Source: a virus
Lineage: Duplodnaviria > Caudoviricetes
Direction: 5' to 3' (one strand)
Virus record (IMG/VR): IMGVR_UViG_3300011217_000001
Span: 166,358 to 230,357 of that record
Length of the DNA: 64,000 nucleotides
Shown here: in pieces, positions 28,252-37,064 of the stretch
How positions within the stretch are numbered: the first letter of the stretch is position 1
Layout of the letters: every line of letters starts with the position of its first letter
Position numbers and translations under genes: made by a program
The notes under the pieces: generated by a model
The model's database searches: none
What the model was told of the DNA's origin: nothing
Seen by the model: only the letters and a program-made list of their open reading frames with translations

Positions 28252-28713
28252 TTAAGCGAGAGCGAGCAGGTTGTCCAGGTCGGTGACCAGAGCGTCGGAG
28301 AAGTCTTCCGGATCGTTCCAGCTACCGCCGTAGGCGAGGGTGAAGCCGTCGGTGGCCAGGACGTTGCCGTATTCACCCTTGGTGGGGAAGCGGCCGACGG
28401 AGCCATCGAAGGTCTTCTTGTTGTAGCCCAGCGGGACGTTGGCGCAGACGCGGCTGGTGGTGTCGCGCTGGAAGATGACCAGGTTGGCGTTTTCTTCGCC
28501 AGCGATGTCCAGCGGGATGATGATGCCGATGCGGCCGTTCTCATCGGTGAAGGTGGCGGTGTGCTGCACGTCGGCATCCACCGCACCGTTGAAGTAGCCG
28601 GTGCCGTTGTGCCACTTCGGATCGAAGGTGATCTGCGGCAGCTTCTTGGCGATCTCGGCGATCATGGCCGAGGACAGGGCGGTGTTGTTGACGTTACGGG
28701 TAACTGCGTTCAT
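28252..28713 (-). CDS. Early hypothetical protein, probably highly expressed
   Basis: First gene after the promoter at 28785; AAAGGAG SD; strong codon bias. Confidence 0.8.
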   Translation of the reverse strand: MNAVTRNVNNTALSSAMIAEIAKKLPQITFDPKWHNGTGYFNGAVDADVQHTATFTDENGRIGIIIPLDIAGEENANLVIFQRDTTSRVCANVPLGYNKKTFDGSVGRFPTKGEYGNVLATDGFTLAYGGSWNDPEDFSDALVTDLDNLLALA

Positions 28714-28784
28714 GGTGTTGCTCCTTTGCTAGTTTCAGGGGTAAGGGATGTGTTGCGGTTTGTTACGGGTACTACTTCACCTGA

Positions 28785-28813
28785 GTTATATAGAACTCAA
28801 GTTTGTTTGGATC
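28785..28813 (-). promoter_or_regulatory. Putative early promoter
   Basis: GATCCAAACAAACTTGAGTTCTATATAAC; 28774-28794 is identical over 21 bp to 31150-31170. Confidence 0.75.
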
Positions 28814-28818
28814 GACTT

Positions 28819-29016
28819 TCAGCGCTTGGCAGCGATCTTCTTCAGCGGCTTCTTGGCCGGCTTGCGCTTGGCGTTGGCGATCTTCACCCGCACTTCGGGG
28901 GACTTCAGTGCGGCGATGACGTTCTGGGAGATGCGGTGGTTGACGTAGGTCAGACCAACAGCCACAACGGCAGCAGCACCCAGGGCGATGTAATCGTTAC
29001 GATCGAGCAGAGACAT
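28819..29016 (-). CDS. Early TM-anchored micro-protein with a Lys/Ala-rich tail
   Basis: AAAGGT SD; YIALGAAAVVAVGLTYV; ends AKRKPAKKPLKKIAAKR. Confidence 0.75.
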   Translation of the reverse strand: MSLLDRNDYIALGAAAVVAVGLTYVNHRISQNVIAALKSPEVRVKIANAKRKPAKKPLKKIAAKR

Positions 29017-29056
29017 TGCAGTTACCTTTGGTAGTTGAGGGAGTTGCGGTGCGCAC

Positions 29057-29176
29057 TTACTTGACGCGACGGTAGCCTTCCAGCTCCGCATAGTCCTTGG
29101 AGAGCTTGATGCCAACCTTCACCGCGTGCTTCAGGACAACCGCTGCGCCAATGACAGCAAGGACATTCTTAATCAT
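29057..29176 (-). CDS. 39-aa basic/hydrophobic micro-protein
   Basis: AAGGAGG SD; MIKNVLAVIGAAVVLKHAVKVGIKLSK... Confidence 0.65.
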   Translation of the reverse strand: MIKNVLAVIGAAVVLKHAVKVGIKLSKDYAELEGYRRVK

Positions 29177-29246
29177 TTCTAGTTCCTCCTTAGGAACGTG
29201 GTAAAAGTTTGCGACGATGGAGGGGGGAGGGGTGAAGCGAGGGGAA

Positions 29247-29615
29247 TTAGTTCCCCTGCTCCAGGATTTCTTCGACGAGCATCGGCACGACGAAGGTAAC
29301 GCGCCAGGTCGTTGCGTCGTAGGTTTCACCGATGATCAGGACGCCGGACAGGCCGTTGTCGTTGAAGGCCGGGGCGATCAGAGCGGGGATGTACTTATCC
29401 CAGTACTCGACCATAGTGGTGAAGCGCACGACGCCTTCAGCGGGGTCGAAGGCCTGCATGATCTTCTGCGGGTCGGACATCATCTCACAGAAGACCTTGC
29501 CGAGTTCCACCAGTGAGGTGGAGCGCGCTTCTGCGATGTTGAAGGAGCCGGGCTTGTAGCAGCTGGCGAGGTTGGCCTGCTTGTAAGCGTCGACGATGTT
29601 GAGTGGGTTCTTCAT
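29247..29615 (-). CDS. Early hypothetical protein
   Basis: AAAGGAG SD; codon bias. Confidence 0.75.
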   Translation of the reverse strand: MKNPLNIVDAYKQANLASCYKPGSFNIAEARSTSLVELGKVFCEMMSDPQKIMQAFDPAEGVVRFTTMVEYWDKYIPALIAPAFNDNGLSGVLIIGETYDATTWRVTFVVPMLVEEILEQGN

Positions 29616-29675
29616 GGTAAAACTCCTTTGCTAGTTAATGGAAGGTTGAAGCGGGTACTGCGGGTGAAGTCCAGA

Positions 29676-30044
29676 TTAGATCTGGACGTTGGGGAGGGTG
29701 AAGTTCAGGGTGTCGTTGCAGCGGCGCTCGTAGCGGTCGTCATCGTCGTACTTGGCCGACACGTCGATGTTGAAGACCACACTGCCGGCGCCTTCGATCT
29801 TCTTGGCCAGTTCACGCTGGATGGCGTACTTGCTGTTGAAGTCGATGGACTGGTGCAGCTCGCGGCTGATGAGATCAACCAGCGGCACGGTGAGCATGAC
29901 GGTGTCCTTGACGATCTGGCTGCTGCGTGCAACCAGGTCGGCGTCGTTCAGGGCGGTGGCGATGGAGGAGACAGCGGTGTTGACGATGGCGATCTGGTTG
30001 TCAGTCAGGTTGCCGCCCAGCTTGGTGGTGTTGACCTTGATCAT
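29676..30044 (-). CDS. Early hypothetical protein
   Basis: AAAGGT SD; codon bias. Confidence 0.75.
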   Translation of the reverse strand: MIKVNTTKLGGNLTDNQIAIVNTAVSSIATALNDADLVARSSQIVKDTVMLTVPLVDLISRELHQSIDFNSKYAIQRELAKKIEGAGSVVFNIDVSAKYDDDDRYERRCNDTLNFTLPNVQI

Positions 30045-30072
30045 TGTAGTTACCTTTGGGTTGTTGAGGGAT

Positions 30073-30474
30073 TTAAATCAATTCGCCACGGAGGACGATG
30101 GTGAGCTTGTCAGAACGATCGGCACCCACGTGGGTGAAGCGTTCCATTTGCAGACGAACAGATGAAGCCACATCAGCCAGAGCGCGTTCGAGTTCGCTTT
30201 GGATCGTCAGCTGATGTGAGTGGTCGATGCCCTCCAGCAGGTCATAGCCCAGGAACAGCGGGAGCTTGATTTCAATCTCCGGCTTGTAGGACTCGCCCTG
30301 CATGGTGTAGTTGGGCTTCTTGTAGTAGTTGGGCAGCCTGTCCGGGTCAGACAGCAGATCGGCGATACGACGCATCACGTCACAACCGATCTTGCTTGCT
30401 GCGTGGTGGAACGTACGGCCACACTTGGTGACGCGTTCCAGATGCACTGGTTCGATCGTTGGTACGAGACTCAT
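30073..30474 (-). CDS. Early hypothetical protein
   Basis: AGAGGT SD before MSLVPTIE. Confidence 0.7.
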   Translation of the reverse strand: MSLVPTIEPVHLERVTKCGRTFHHAASKIGCDVMRRIADLLSDPDRLPNYYKKPNYTMQGESYKPEIEIKLPLFLGYDLLEGIDHSHQLTIQSELERALADVASSVRLQMERFTHVGADRSDKLTIVLRGELI

Positions 30475-30578
30475 CGTTTCTACCTCTGGTTGACTAAAAG
30501 AACAAGTCGCCGAGGGCATACTACCAAGAGCCTCCTTTCGGAAGCCCTTGGTAGGAAGATCAGCGTTTCTTGCGGCGG

Positions 30579-30803
30579 TTACTTCTGCTCCGGGAACTCG
30601 ATGCGGTACTTGACGTGACCGGTGAAATAGCCGGTCGACTGGACGCTGCAGTGATAGGTGTTATCACGGGTCAGCTTGGAAGCCAGGGTGATGTTCTTGC
30701 CGCAGGTGGTGACTTCGTGAGCCAGAGCCTGATCAGCGATGGAGAAAGCGGTGCCGCCCAGGATCAGAGCCAGGACGGTGAAGAAGATGATGTTCTTGAA
30801 CAT
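30579..30803 (-). CDS. Small exported protein with a signal peptide and a Cys pair
   Basis: MFKNIIFFTVLALILGGTAFSIADQALA-HE, an ALA signal peptidase I-type site; two Cys. Confidence 0.7.
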   Translation of the reverse strand: MFKNIIFFTVLALILGGTAFSIADQALAHEVTTCGKNITLASKLTRDNTYHCSVQSTGYFTGHVKYRIEFPEQK

Positions 30804-30887
30804 GGTATTACTCCTTTGAGGGTGTTGCGGAAGGTGTGGGGTAATTGTACTACAGGAAACAGCTCTGTGGAAGGGGCTGAGTAGAAC

Positions 30888-31097
30888 TTAACGCTTGGTG
30901 GACTTCTTGACCGGCTTGCTCATGCCGTTGGCACGAGCGGCGGCATTCAGGCCGACCACGCTCTTGAGAGCCTGGAACTCGGTGCTGTTCAGACGCAGCT
31001 TGCGGCGCTTGTTTTCCAGGTGGAAGCAGTAGGCAGCTGCGCCAACGGCCATAGCGACGACTGCGATTTCACCGGCCAGCTTCAGATTGTTGCTCAT
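30888..31097 (-). CDS. Early TM-anchored micro-protein with a basic tail
   Basis: AAAGGAG SD; IAVVAMAVGAAAYCF; KRRKLR; ends SKPVKKSTKR. Confidence 0.75.
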   Translation of the reverse strand: MSNNLKLAGEIAVVAMAVGAAAYCFHLENKRRKLRLNSTEFQALKSVVGLNAAARANGMSKPVKKSTKR

Positions 31098-31160
31098 GGT
31101 AGAACTCCTTTGAGGGTATAACGAAGGGAATTAGTTTGATTGATGTTGCACTTCACCTGA

Positions 31161-31189
31161 GTTATATAGAGGTGAAAGTTATTGGAATC
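31161..31189 (-). promoter_or_regulatory. Putative early promoter
   Basis: GATTCCAATAACTTTCACCTCTATATAAC. Confidence 0.75.
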
Positions 31190-31250
31190 GACTTTTTAGG
31201 GGTAGAATAGGGGGTAAATAAATACCCCCTAAACGATACTATGGACGGAG

Positions 31251-31379
31251 TCAGTTCCTAGGCTGGCCTCCTTCCAGCTGGAAGATCCGCTTCAGCATCC
31301 CTCCGGGCAGGTGGCCCAGCGGATGCTTAGTGGGTTTGATGTAAACGACCTTAGGGGGTCGTGTTCGTTTGATAGACAA
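31251..31379 (-). CDS. 42-aa basic micro-protein (not in the ORF track)
   Basis: AGGAGA SD plus TTG start; MSIKRTRPPKVVYIKPTKHPLGHLPGGMLKRIFQLEGGQPRN*. A promoter lies upstream and a hairpin (31208-31231) downstream. Confidence 0.55.
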   Translation of the reverse strand: MSIKRTRPPKVVYIKPTKHPLGHLPGGMLKRIFQLEGGQPRN

Positions 31380-31491
31380 GGCTATCTCCTATAGCTAGGT
31401 TGTAAAAGGCAGTACGGCCCGGGGCGATGGTTGCGCCCCGGGCTTTATGCCGCGTAGTGAGGTCTTTGTCTTTGATTGAGACCTCAGCTAG

Positions 31492-31520
31492 GTGTTATAG
31501 GGTTGAAAGGTTTTTGAATC
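31492..31520 (-). promoter_or_regulatory. Putative early promoter
   Basis: GATTCAAAAACCTTTCAACCCTATAACAC. Confidence 0.65.
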
Positions 31521-31583
31521 ACGGCATAAAGGGCATAGCTGCCTAGGAGAACCGAAGTCCTCCTAGGCAGGCTATAAGGCTTG

Positions 31584-32489
31584 TTACAGGCCTTCGAAGT
31601 ACGCGCGGACCTTGCCCTGCTCGTCCTCGCCCAGATGGCGCAGGGCGTACGGCAGATCGGTCTGCGTCAGGGTCATCTTGCGGGTGGCCGGGTTGGCCAG
31701 CAGCTTCATGGTGTCCAGCATGTTGCGGAACGCGTTGAACTCGCGCGCCGGCATGCGGGTGCCGATCTTGTTGAAGCCGCGCATGATGCGGTCGACATGG
31801 AAGTGCTTGGTGTCGTTCTCGGCGAAGATGTTCAGCATGTAGCCGAAGCTGGCACTGAACTGGCCACCTTCCGAACCCAGCACGCGCTTGATGACTCGCC
31901 ACAGACGCAGCTGCAGTTCGACCACACGCTCGGCAGCGATGGCCTTGCCCGGCGCCATTTCCTTCAGGTAGGCTTCCATCTCCGAGCGCACCAGGGTCTC
32001 GGTGTCCAGCTTGCCCATCGGCACGTAGGTGTTGGCCTTGGCAGTGGCCACGCGCGGGGTGTTGGTGTTCGGACCGCTCAGGTCATCCGGCACGGCGTCG
32101 AGTTCGGCGCGGGTATCGGTCGGGGTTTCGACGGGGCTGTCGACGCGCTCGACTTCCGGCGAGTCGGCCTGCGTGGCCGGGTCGACGGTTTCGGTGCCTT
32201 CCACCACCACCGGAGCCGGTGCGGCGTCGGACGATTCAACCGAGGTGGCAGCTTCGGCGGTTTCCTGCGCAGCGGCGGCGGGCTCTTCGCCTTCGATGAC
32301 CAGCGAGGTCAGCAGGGTGATCAGGGCTGCATCGTCCAGATCGACGGCGCCTTCGAAGCGGCCACGTGCGCGGTTGAAGATGACGGTGTTCTTGGTGCCG
32401 TTGATGCTTTCGGCGCCAGCCTGTGCCCACGCCTTGTAGTCGGCATCGGTCCAGTCCTTGAGTCGCTTCTGCTGGTAAGACATGTTCAT
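31584..32489 (-). CDS. Conserved jumbo-phage hypothetical protein with an acidic/Pro-rich linker
   Basis: AAGAGGT SD; strong codon bias; downstream hairpin at 31538-31570. Confidence 0.75.
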   Translation of the reverse strand: MNMSYQQKRLKDWTDADYKAWAQAGAESINGTKNTVIFNRARGRFEGAVDLDDAALITLLTSLVIEGEEPAAAAQETAEAATSVESSDAAPAPVVVEGTETVDPATQADSPEVERVDSPVETPTDTRAELDAVPDDLSGPNTNTPRVATAKANTYVPMGKLDTETLVRSEMEAYLKEMAPGKAIAAERVVELQLRLWRVIKRVLGSEGGQFSASFGYMLNIFAENDTKHFHVDRIMRGFNKIGTRMPAREFNAFRNMLDTMKLLANPATRKMTLTQTDLPYALRHLGEDEQGKVRAYFEGL

Positions 32490-32540
32490 ACCTCTTGGTC
32501 AATGAAGTTGTTGGGCAGCATTGGCATTATGCATACCATG

Positions 32541-33875
32541 CTACGAAATGGCTGCCGTGTAGTCGTACTTGGCAGTGGAGAGCTTCTTGCCGTGCATCAG
32601 TGCCATGAAGCGTCCCATCATGTCCGAGCCGACGTCAGCCAGCAGGGTGGGAATGGCTTCAGGTGCAGATGCCAGCGCATCGCCTACGCAGAACCGGCAG
32701 TAGTTCGAACCGGGCGCGTGACAATAGATGGGCGACCTGACTTCGATCGCACGGGTCTGCAGATCGGCCACATTCTCCTCGGTGACCTGGCCCTGTTTGC
32801 CGCCTTCGAAGTAGTAGTTGCCGATGTAGTACTTTTCCTTACCCTTGGGGATGATCGTGGGGATGCCGTACTTCACCCCACAGTCTTCCGCCTGCACGCT
32901 CACGTTCTGGGCGACACGATAGGTTTCCTTCACCTTCGAGCCGCCAAGTGCGGTCAGCGTGCCACGAGCGTAGGAACCCTCACGCAGGGAGTTGGCGTAC
33001 TCGGGCATGAAGTCAGGGTCCAAACCCTCGTCGAGCGAGGTCGGAATCATCTGGACATGATTGCCCTCCTGGAACGCAGACTCGGCGCCGTGCATGATAA
33101 GCGTCTTCTTACGGACGATATCGAAGGACTTGTTGTCGATGAGGAAGCCCATGCTCTCATCGTCGGCCATGTCGGCGCGGTCCATCGCGATCAGTTCGTT
33201 CTCGATCTCGGCGATCACAGCCGGATCATGCAGGCGATCCTTGTGCTCTGCCAGCAGTTCGTCACGACGCTTGATGATGGCCGGGTTGATGACCAGCGTC
33301 TTCGGAGTGGCTGCCGGTACGCACAGCTGGGTGAGGCCTGCCATTGCCAGCATGGCCTCGGCGAAGCGCTTGTACTGCTCGATGGAGATACCACCGTCAG
33401 GCGGCGTCTCGCTGTCGTCGTACATGCGGCGTTCGAGTTCCGCCTCGATCTTTCGGATGTTGGCCGGGCCATTCAGATACGGCATCACTGCGCCGAAAGC
33501 GTAGACGAACACGTTGAAGTTGAAGAGCAGATTGCCGTAGGTGGTAATCGTCTTCTCACTCAGGTTCGGTACTTCGTCCGGCGAGATCTCCAGCTCGTCC
33601 ATGAAGTCGAACGGCTTGGTCATCGGCTTGATGTCGTCGATGACGATGCGCTCACCACTCTCGGGGTGATGGAAAAAGACCGTCTCACCTTCGACGAACA
33701 GAGCGCACGGATAACCACCCGGCTGCTTGGCACCTTCCGGATCAAGCCACGGGTCGGCCTTCTTGGTGCGGTCCTTGTTGGCCAGATTGGTAATAGCGAA
33801 CGCTTCAATGGTCCACGCCTTCCAGCGATACGCTTCGCTGTTCATGGCGAGGAGGAAATAGTCACGCTTGAGCAT
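32541..33875 (-). CDS. Virion RNA polymerase beta' middle subunit (phiKZ gp80-like)
   Basis: SLDEG...NSLREGSYARGTLTALGG is the bridge-helix region; DCG and RSPIYC...YCRFCVG form the Zn site. Confidence 0.85.
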   Translation of the reverse strand: MLKRDYFLLAMNSEAYRWKAWTIEAFAITNLANKDRTKKADPWLDPEGAKQPGGYPCALFVEGETVFFHHPESGERIVIDDIKPMTKPFDFMDELEISPDEVPNLSEKTITTYGNLLFNFNVFVYAFGAVMPYLNGPANIRKIEAELERRMYDDSETPPDGGISIEQYKRFAEAMLAMAGLTQLCVPAATPKTLVINPAIIKRRDELLAEHKDRLHDPAVIAEIENELIAMDRADMADDESMGFLIDNKSFDIVRKKTLIMHGAESAFQEGNHVQMIPTSLDEGLDPDFMPEYANSLREGSYARGTLTALGGSKVKETYRVAQNVSVQAEDCGVKYGIPTIIPKGKEKYYIGNYYFEGGKQGQVTEENVADLQTRAIEVRSPIYCHAPGSNYCRFCVGDALASAPEAIPTLLADVGSDMMGRFMALMHGKKLSTAKYDYTAAIS

Positions 33876-33957
33876 TGATGAAGTCCCCGTAGGTCTTTCC
33901 GATCAGCCCATTGATTGCACTCACGCGCAGCAGGGGCAGATCCATGTGTTCGATTTC

Positions 33958-34689
33958 TTAGATGGCCGAGGAGAGCACCGACTCCTTGCTCAGGTTGCTG
34001 GCGAGCATGATCGCAACCATGTTCTTGGCCAGATCCTGATCGGTCTGCTGGGGAAGCAGTTCGCGCAGCTGACCCAGATAGAGCGTGTAGTCGTTGCCGC
34101 AGCTGTAACCCTCACGGATCAGCTCAGCCACCAGGTTACCGCCGAAGGTCTGGGTGAAGCCACGGATGCGCAGTCGTGCGCGCGACAGCTCCGGACTCTC
34201 ATCGGCTTCCATCGACACCACCTCAGAGGTGAGTGAACGGATGCGATCGAGCAGACCCTTGTTGACCTGGATGATGAAGGCCAGATACTGGTCGGCCACC
34301 CACTGACCAACGATCTCCAGACCAGCGCACAGGCGCTCGGTATCAGAGGCGTCCAGGTCCAGCTGTTCGAGGAAGAACTGCGGACTGTCGAAGTTGGCAA
34401 ACCGCTGCAGGTCTTCCAGCAGTACCATCTTTTGTTCCATGCTCGCATCGTCGCGAGTGAACACGCCCTGCTGATTCAGCGAGCTGTCCAAGTAACCATG
34501 GAACAAGTTGTCGACCATTTCGATCAAGACGTGGGTTTCCACTTCCTGTCCGCTGAAGTAGACATTCTCCACTTCAGTTTCGATATCGGTGAAGCCCACG
34601 GCAGCCAGCACGTCTTGGACGCGTTCCAGCAGAGCCACTCGCTCAGGGGAACAACCCAGCTGAGCAATGCCAGTCAGTAGACCAGACAT
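33958..34689 (-). CDS. phiKZ gp79-like protein
   Basis: AAAGGAG SD; synteny with gp80. Confidence 0.6.
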   Translation of the reverse strand: MSGLLTGIAQLGCSPERVALLERVQDVLAAVGFTDIETEVENVYFSGQEVETHVLIEMVDNLFHGYLDSSLNQQGVFTRDDASMEQKMVLLEDLQRFANFDSPQFFLEQLDLDASDTERLCAGLEIVGQWVADQYLAFIIQVNKGLLDRIRSLTSEVVSMEADESPELSRARLRIRGFTQTFGGNLVAELIREGYSCGNDYTLYLGQLRELLPQQTDQDLAKNMVAIMLASNLSKESVLSSAI

Positions 34690-34785
34690 GCAAATCTCCT
34701 TTCGTTAAAAAGTACACACACCAGCCTTTATATGAAAAGGCTGCAATTCGTTTTTGACATACCTATCCCCGGAGTGGATGCACAC

Positions 34786-35349
34786 ATGCCCGTTAGCAAC
34801 AAGAATCGCAAGAACACCAATGAACGCAAGCCCTATCGGGCGGGCAAGGATCGTGACCTGACCGCGCGCTCGCTGCGTGAGCTGGAAGACGTCTACTCCG
34901 GTTGTGAAGAACAGCTGGCGCAGGTGCTGCCGGTCTCCCAGCTTCTGCGCGACAAGGCCGCGCTGCAGCAGGTGCCGGTCGAAGATCGCCCCAAGCTGGT
35001 TGAGACCGCACAGGTCGTCAGCAAGGACAGCGGAACCTTCCGTCAGGAGCTGGACAAGATCCGTACCGATCATGTCGAGTTCACCAACTCCGTCACCAGC
35101 CGCGTGCGCAAGACCAGCCGTCCGCGCATGACCGGTGACGAAACGATCCGTGTCATCGAGATCGCTGAGAAGTACAGCGACTGGCAGGGTCGTCACGCCC
35201 GCATCGTCATGCCTAACATCGTCCAGACGCTGGGCTACTACGACGAAGAAACCCGCAACGAGCTGAAGGCCGTCGAGGCCGAAGAAGCCGCCGCTGCGGC
35301 CGCCGCCAGCGCGGCCGAAGAAACCCCGCATCAGGAGAGTGAGCAGTGA
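34786..35349 (+). CDS. Hypothetical helical protein
   Basis: First gene of the plus-strand operon; GTGA overlap with the next gene. Confidence 0.7.
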   Translation: MPVSNKNRKNTNERKPYRAGKDRDLTARSLRELEDVYSGCEEQLAQVLPVSQLLRDKAALQQVPVEDRPKLVETAQVVSKDSGTFRQELDKIRTDHVEFTNSVTSRVRKTSRPRMTGDETIRVIEIAEKYSDWQGRHARIVMPNIVQTLGYYDEETRNELKAVEAEEAAAAAAASAAEETPHQESEQ

Positions 35350-37064
35350 CGCAGGAACCCAACGAGAACACCAACGAAACCCCGGTGACCCCGGCGCCCG
35401 TCGAGCAGGCTGCTCCCGCTGTCGCTGACGATCCGCGTGAGTTCGTGAATACCAACGGCACGCCGGTCGAACCGGCGCAGACCCTGGACGACGTGGCTGC
35501 TGAAGTGGCTGGCGAAAGCCCGCTGGCCGCGCAGGAACGCAAGCTGGCCGCCGACGCCTCGCGTCGTGTTCAGCCCCGCCGCTCCGAGCCGGTCGAACCG
35601 AGCAAGACCGTCACCGTCTCCCGTCCGCTGACCCGTCCGGCCACCACCGATGCCGAGAAGCAGGATCTGGAAAAGGGCTTCCACATCTGGACCCTGAACC
35701 AGACGGCCGAAGAGTTCGCTCCGGTCGGCGAATCCATGAACGAGCTCAACCTGACGGCCACTCCGGAAATCCTCCGCTGGCTGGAAGGTGCTGCTCGTGG
35801 TTCGCGCCTGATGCCCACCGGCAACTACGGTCAGGGCGCACTGGCTCGTGAAGGCTCCGACTGGCAGCAGTCGGTGGACTTCAACGGCGAAGAGATGATG
35901 ATCGGTCGTCCGATCGCCACCGGCGGCAACTCCAGCACCAACGGCCGTGTCTCCGGCGAAGAAGCCAAGAGCCGCCTGAAGGCGCGCCTGGGCGTGGGTT
36001 CGCTGGCTCAGGCTCCGATGTGGCACTCCGGCTTCTGGGTGTCGCTGCAGGCGCCGGGTGAAGGCGAGATGCTGGAACTGGAACAGCAGCTGGGCAACAG
36101 CAAGATCACCCTGGGTCGTGTCTCCGGAGGCTTGGCGTTCTCGGCCAACAACGTCTACCATCAGCTGACCGTGGTGAACTTCGCCATCAGCAAGATGTAC
36201 GACAGCACGCTGAAGGACATCAGCCCGGCATCGGTGAAGTCGAAGATGCTGATCACCGATATCCCGCTGCTCATCCTGCAGCTGGGCCTGATCAACAACC
36301 CCAACGGCTACCCTCTGGCGCGTCCGTGCACCGACCATGCCAAGGAGTGCCAGCACATCGAAGAAGAAGTGCTGAACCTCTCGCGCCTGAAGTTCGTGGA
36401 CCGTCGTTCGCTCAGCCAGAACCAGCGCCGCCTGATGGCTCGTCGTACGCAGAAGATCAACGAAGCAGAGCTGGCCGAGTACGTCAACGGCCACGCTTAC
36501 GCTTCCACGACCCTGTGTGCGATCAGCGACGACGTCTACGTCGAGTTCGCCGTCCCGACGGTGGAGCTGTACGAGAAGTCCTCCTTCGACTGGATCAACT
36601 CCATCGAAGAGCGCGTGGACGCCGCCTTCGGCACCTCGCTGGAAGGGCAGGAACGTGACCAGTACATCCTGGCTCAGTCCCGCATGGCTACCGCGCGCCA
36701 GTACAGCCACTGGGTCAAGCGCATCATCTTCAAGAACGTCGAAGAAGCGACCCCGGGCGTGCTGACCTACGATCCGGCCGTGGACGACGTCGATGACGTG
36801 CGTGAATCGTTCGTGGAGCTGTTGGGTGAAATCTCCAGTCGCCAGGACGTGGTGGAGCGCTTCGTCGAAGGCGTGCAGAAGTTCATCGACTCGGTGACCG
36901 TGGCAATGGTTGCCATCCCGCGTTACACCTGCCGTGTCTGCGGTGCCGAACAGACCGTGGAAAGCTCGCGCCATCCGCGTCTGCTGCCGCTCGACGTGAC
37001 ACGACTTTTTTTCACGCTCCTCGGCCAGCGCACAGCGAAGGCGATTTCCGCCTCAGTGATGTAG
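35346..37064 (+). CDS. phiKZ gp77-like protein (putative baseplate-hub/tail assembly chaperone; four Cys, possible Zn site)
   Basis: PMWHSGFWVSL, PNGYPLARPC...C and YTCRVCG; slippery heptamer near the 3' end. Confidence 0.75.
   Translation: MTQEPNENTNETPVTPAPVEQAAPAVADDPREFVNTNGTPVEPAQTLDDVAAEVAGESPLAAQERKLAADASRRVQPRRSEPVEPSKTVTVSRPLTRPATTDAEKQDLEKGFHIWTLNQTAEEFAPVGESMNELNLTATPEILRWLEGAARGSRLMPTGNYGQGALAREGSDWQQSVDFNGEEMMIGRPIATGGNSSTNGRVSGEEAKSRLKARLGVGSLAQAPMWHSGFWVSLQAPGEGEMLELEQQLGNSKITLGRVSGGLAFSANNVYHQLTVVNFAISKMYDSTLKDISPASVKSKMLITDIPLLILQLGLINNPNGYPLARPCTDHAKECQHIEEEVLNLSRLKFVDRRSLSQNQRRLMARRTQKINEAELAEYVNGHAYASTTLCAISDDVYVEFAVPTVELYEKSSFDWINSIEERVDAAFGTSLEGQERDQYILAQSRMATARQYSHWVKRIIFKNVEEATPGVLTYDPAVDDVDDVRESFVELLGEISSRQDVVERFVEGVQKFIDSVTVAMVAIPRYTCRVCGAEQTVESSRHPRLLPLDVTRLFFTLLGQRTAKAISASVM
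37007..37013 (+). other. Candidate -1 ribosomal frameshift site T TTT TTC
   Basis: In-frame codons are CTT TTT TTC. The -1 frame is open without a stop from 37010 to TAA 37535-37537. Confidence 0.7.
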
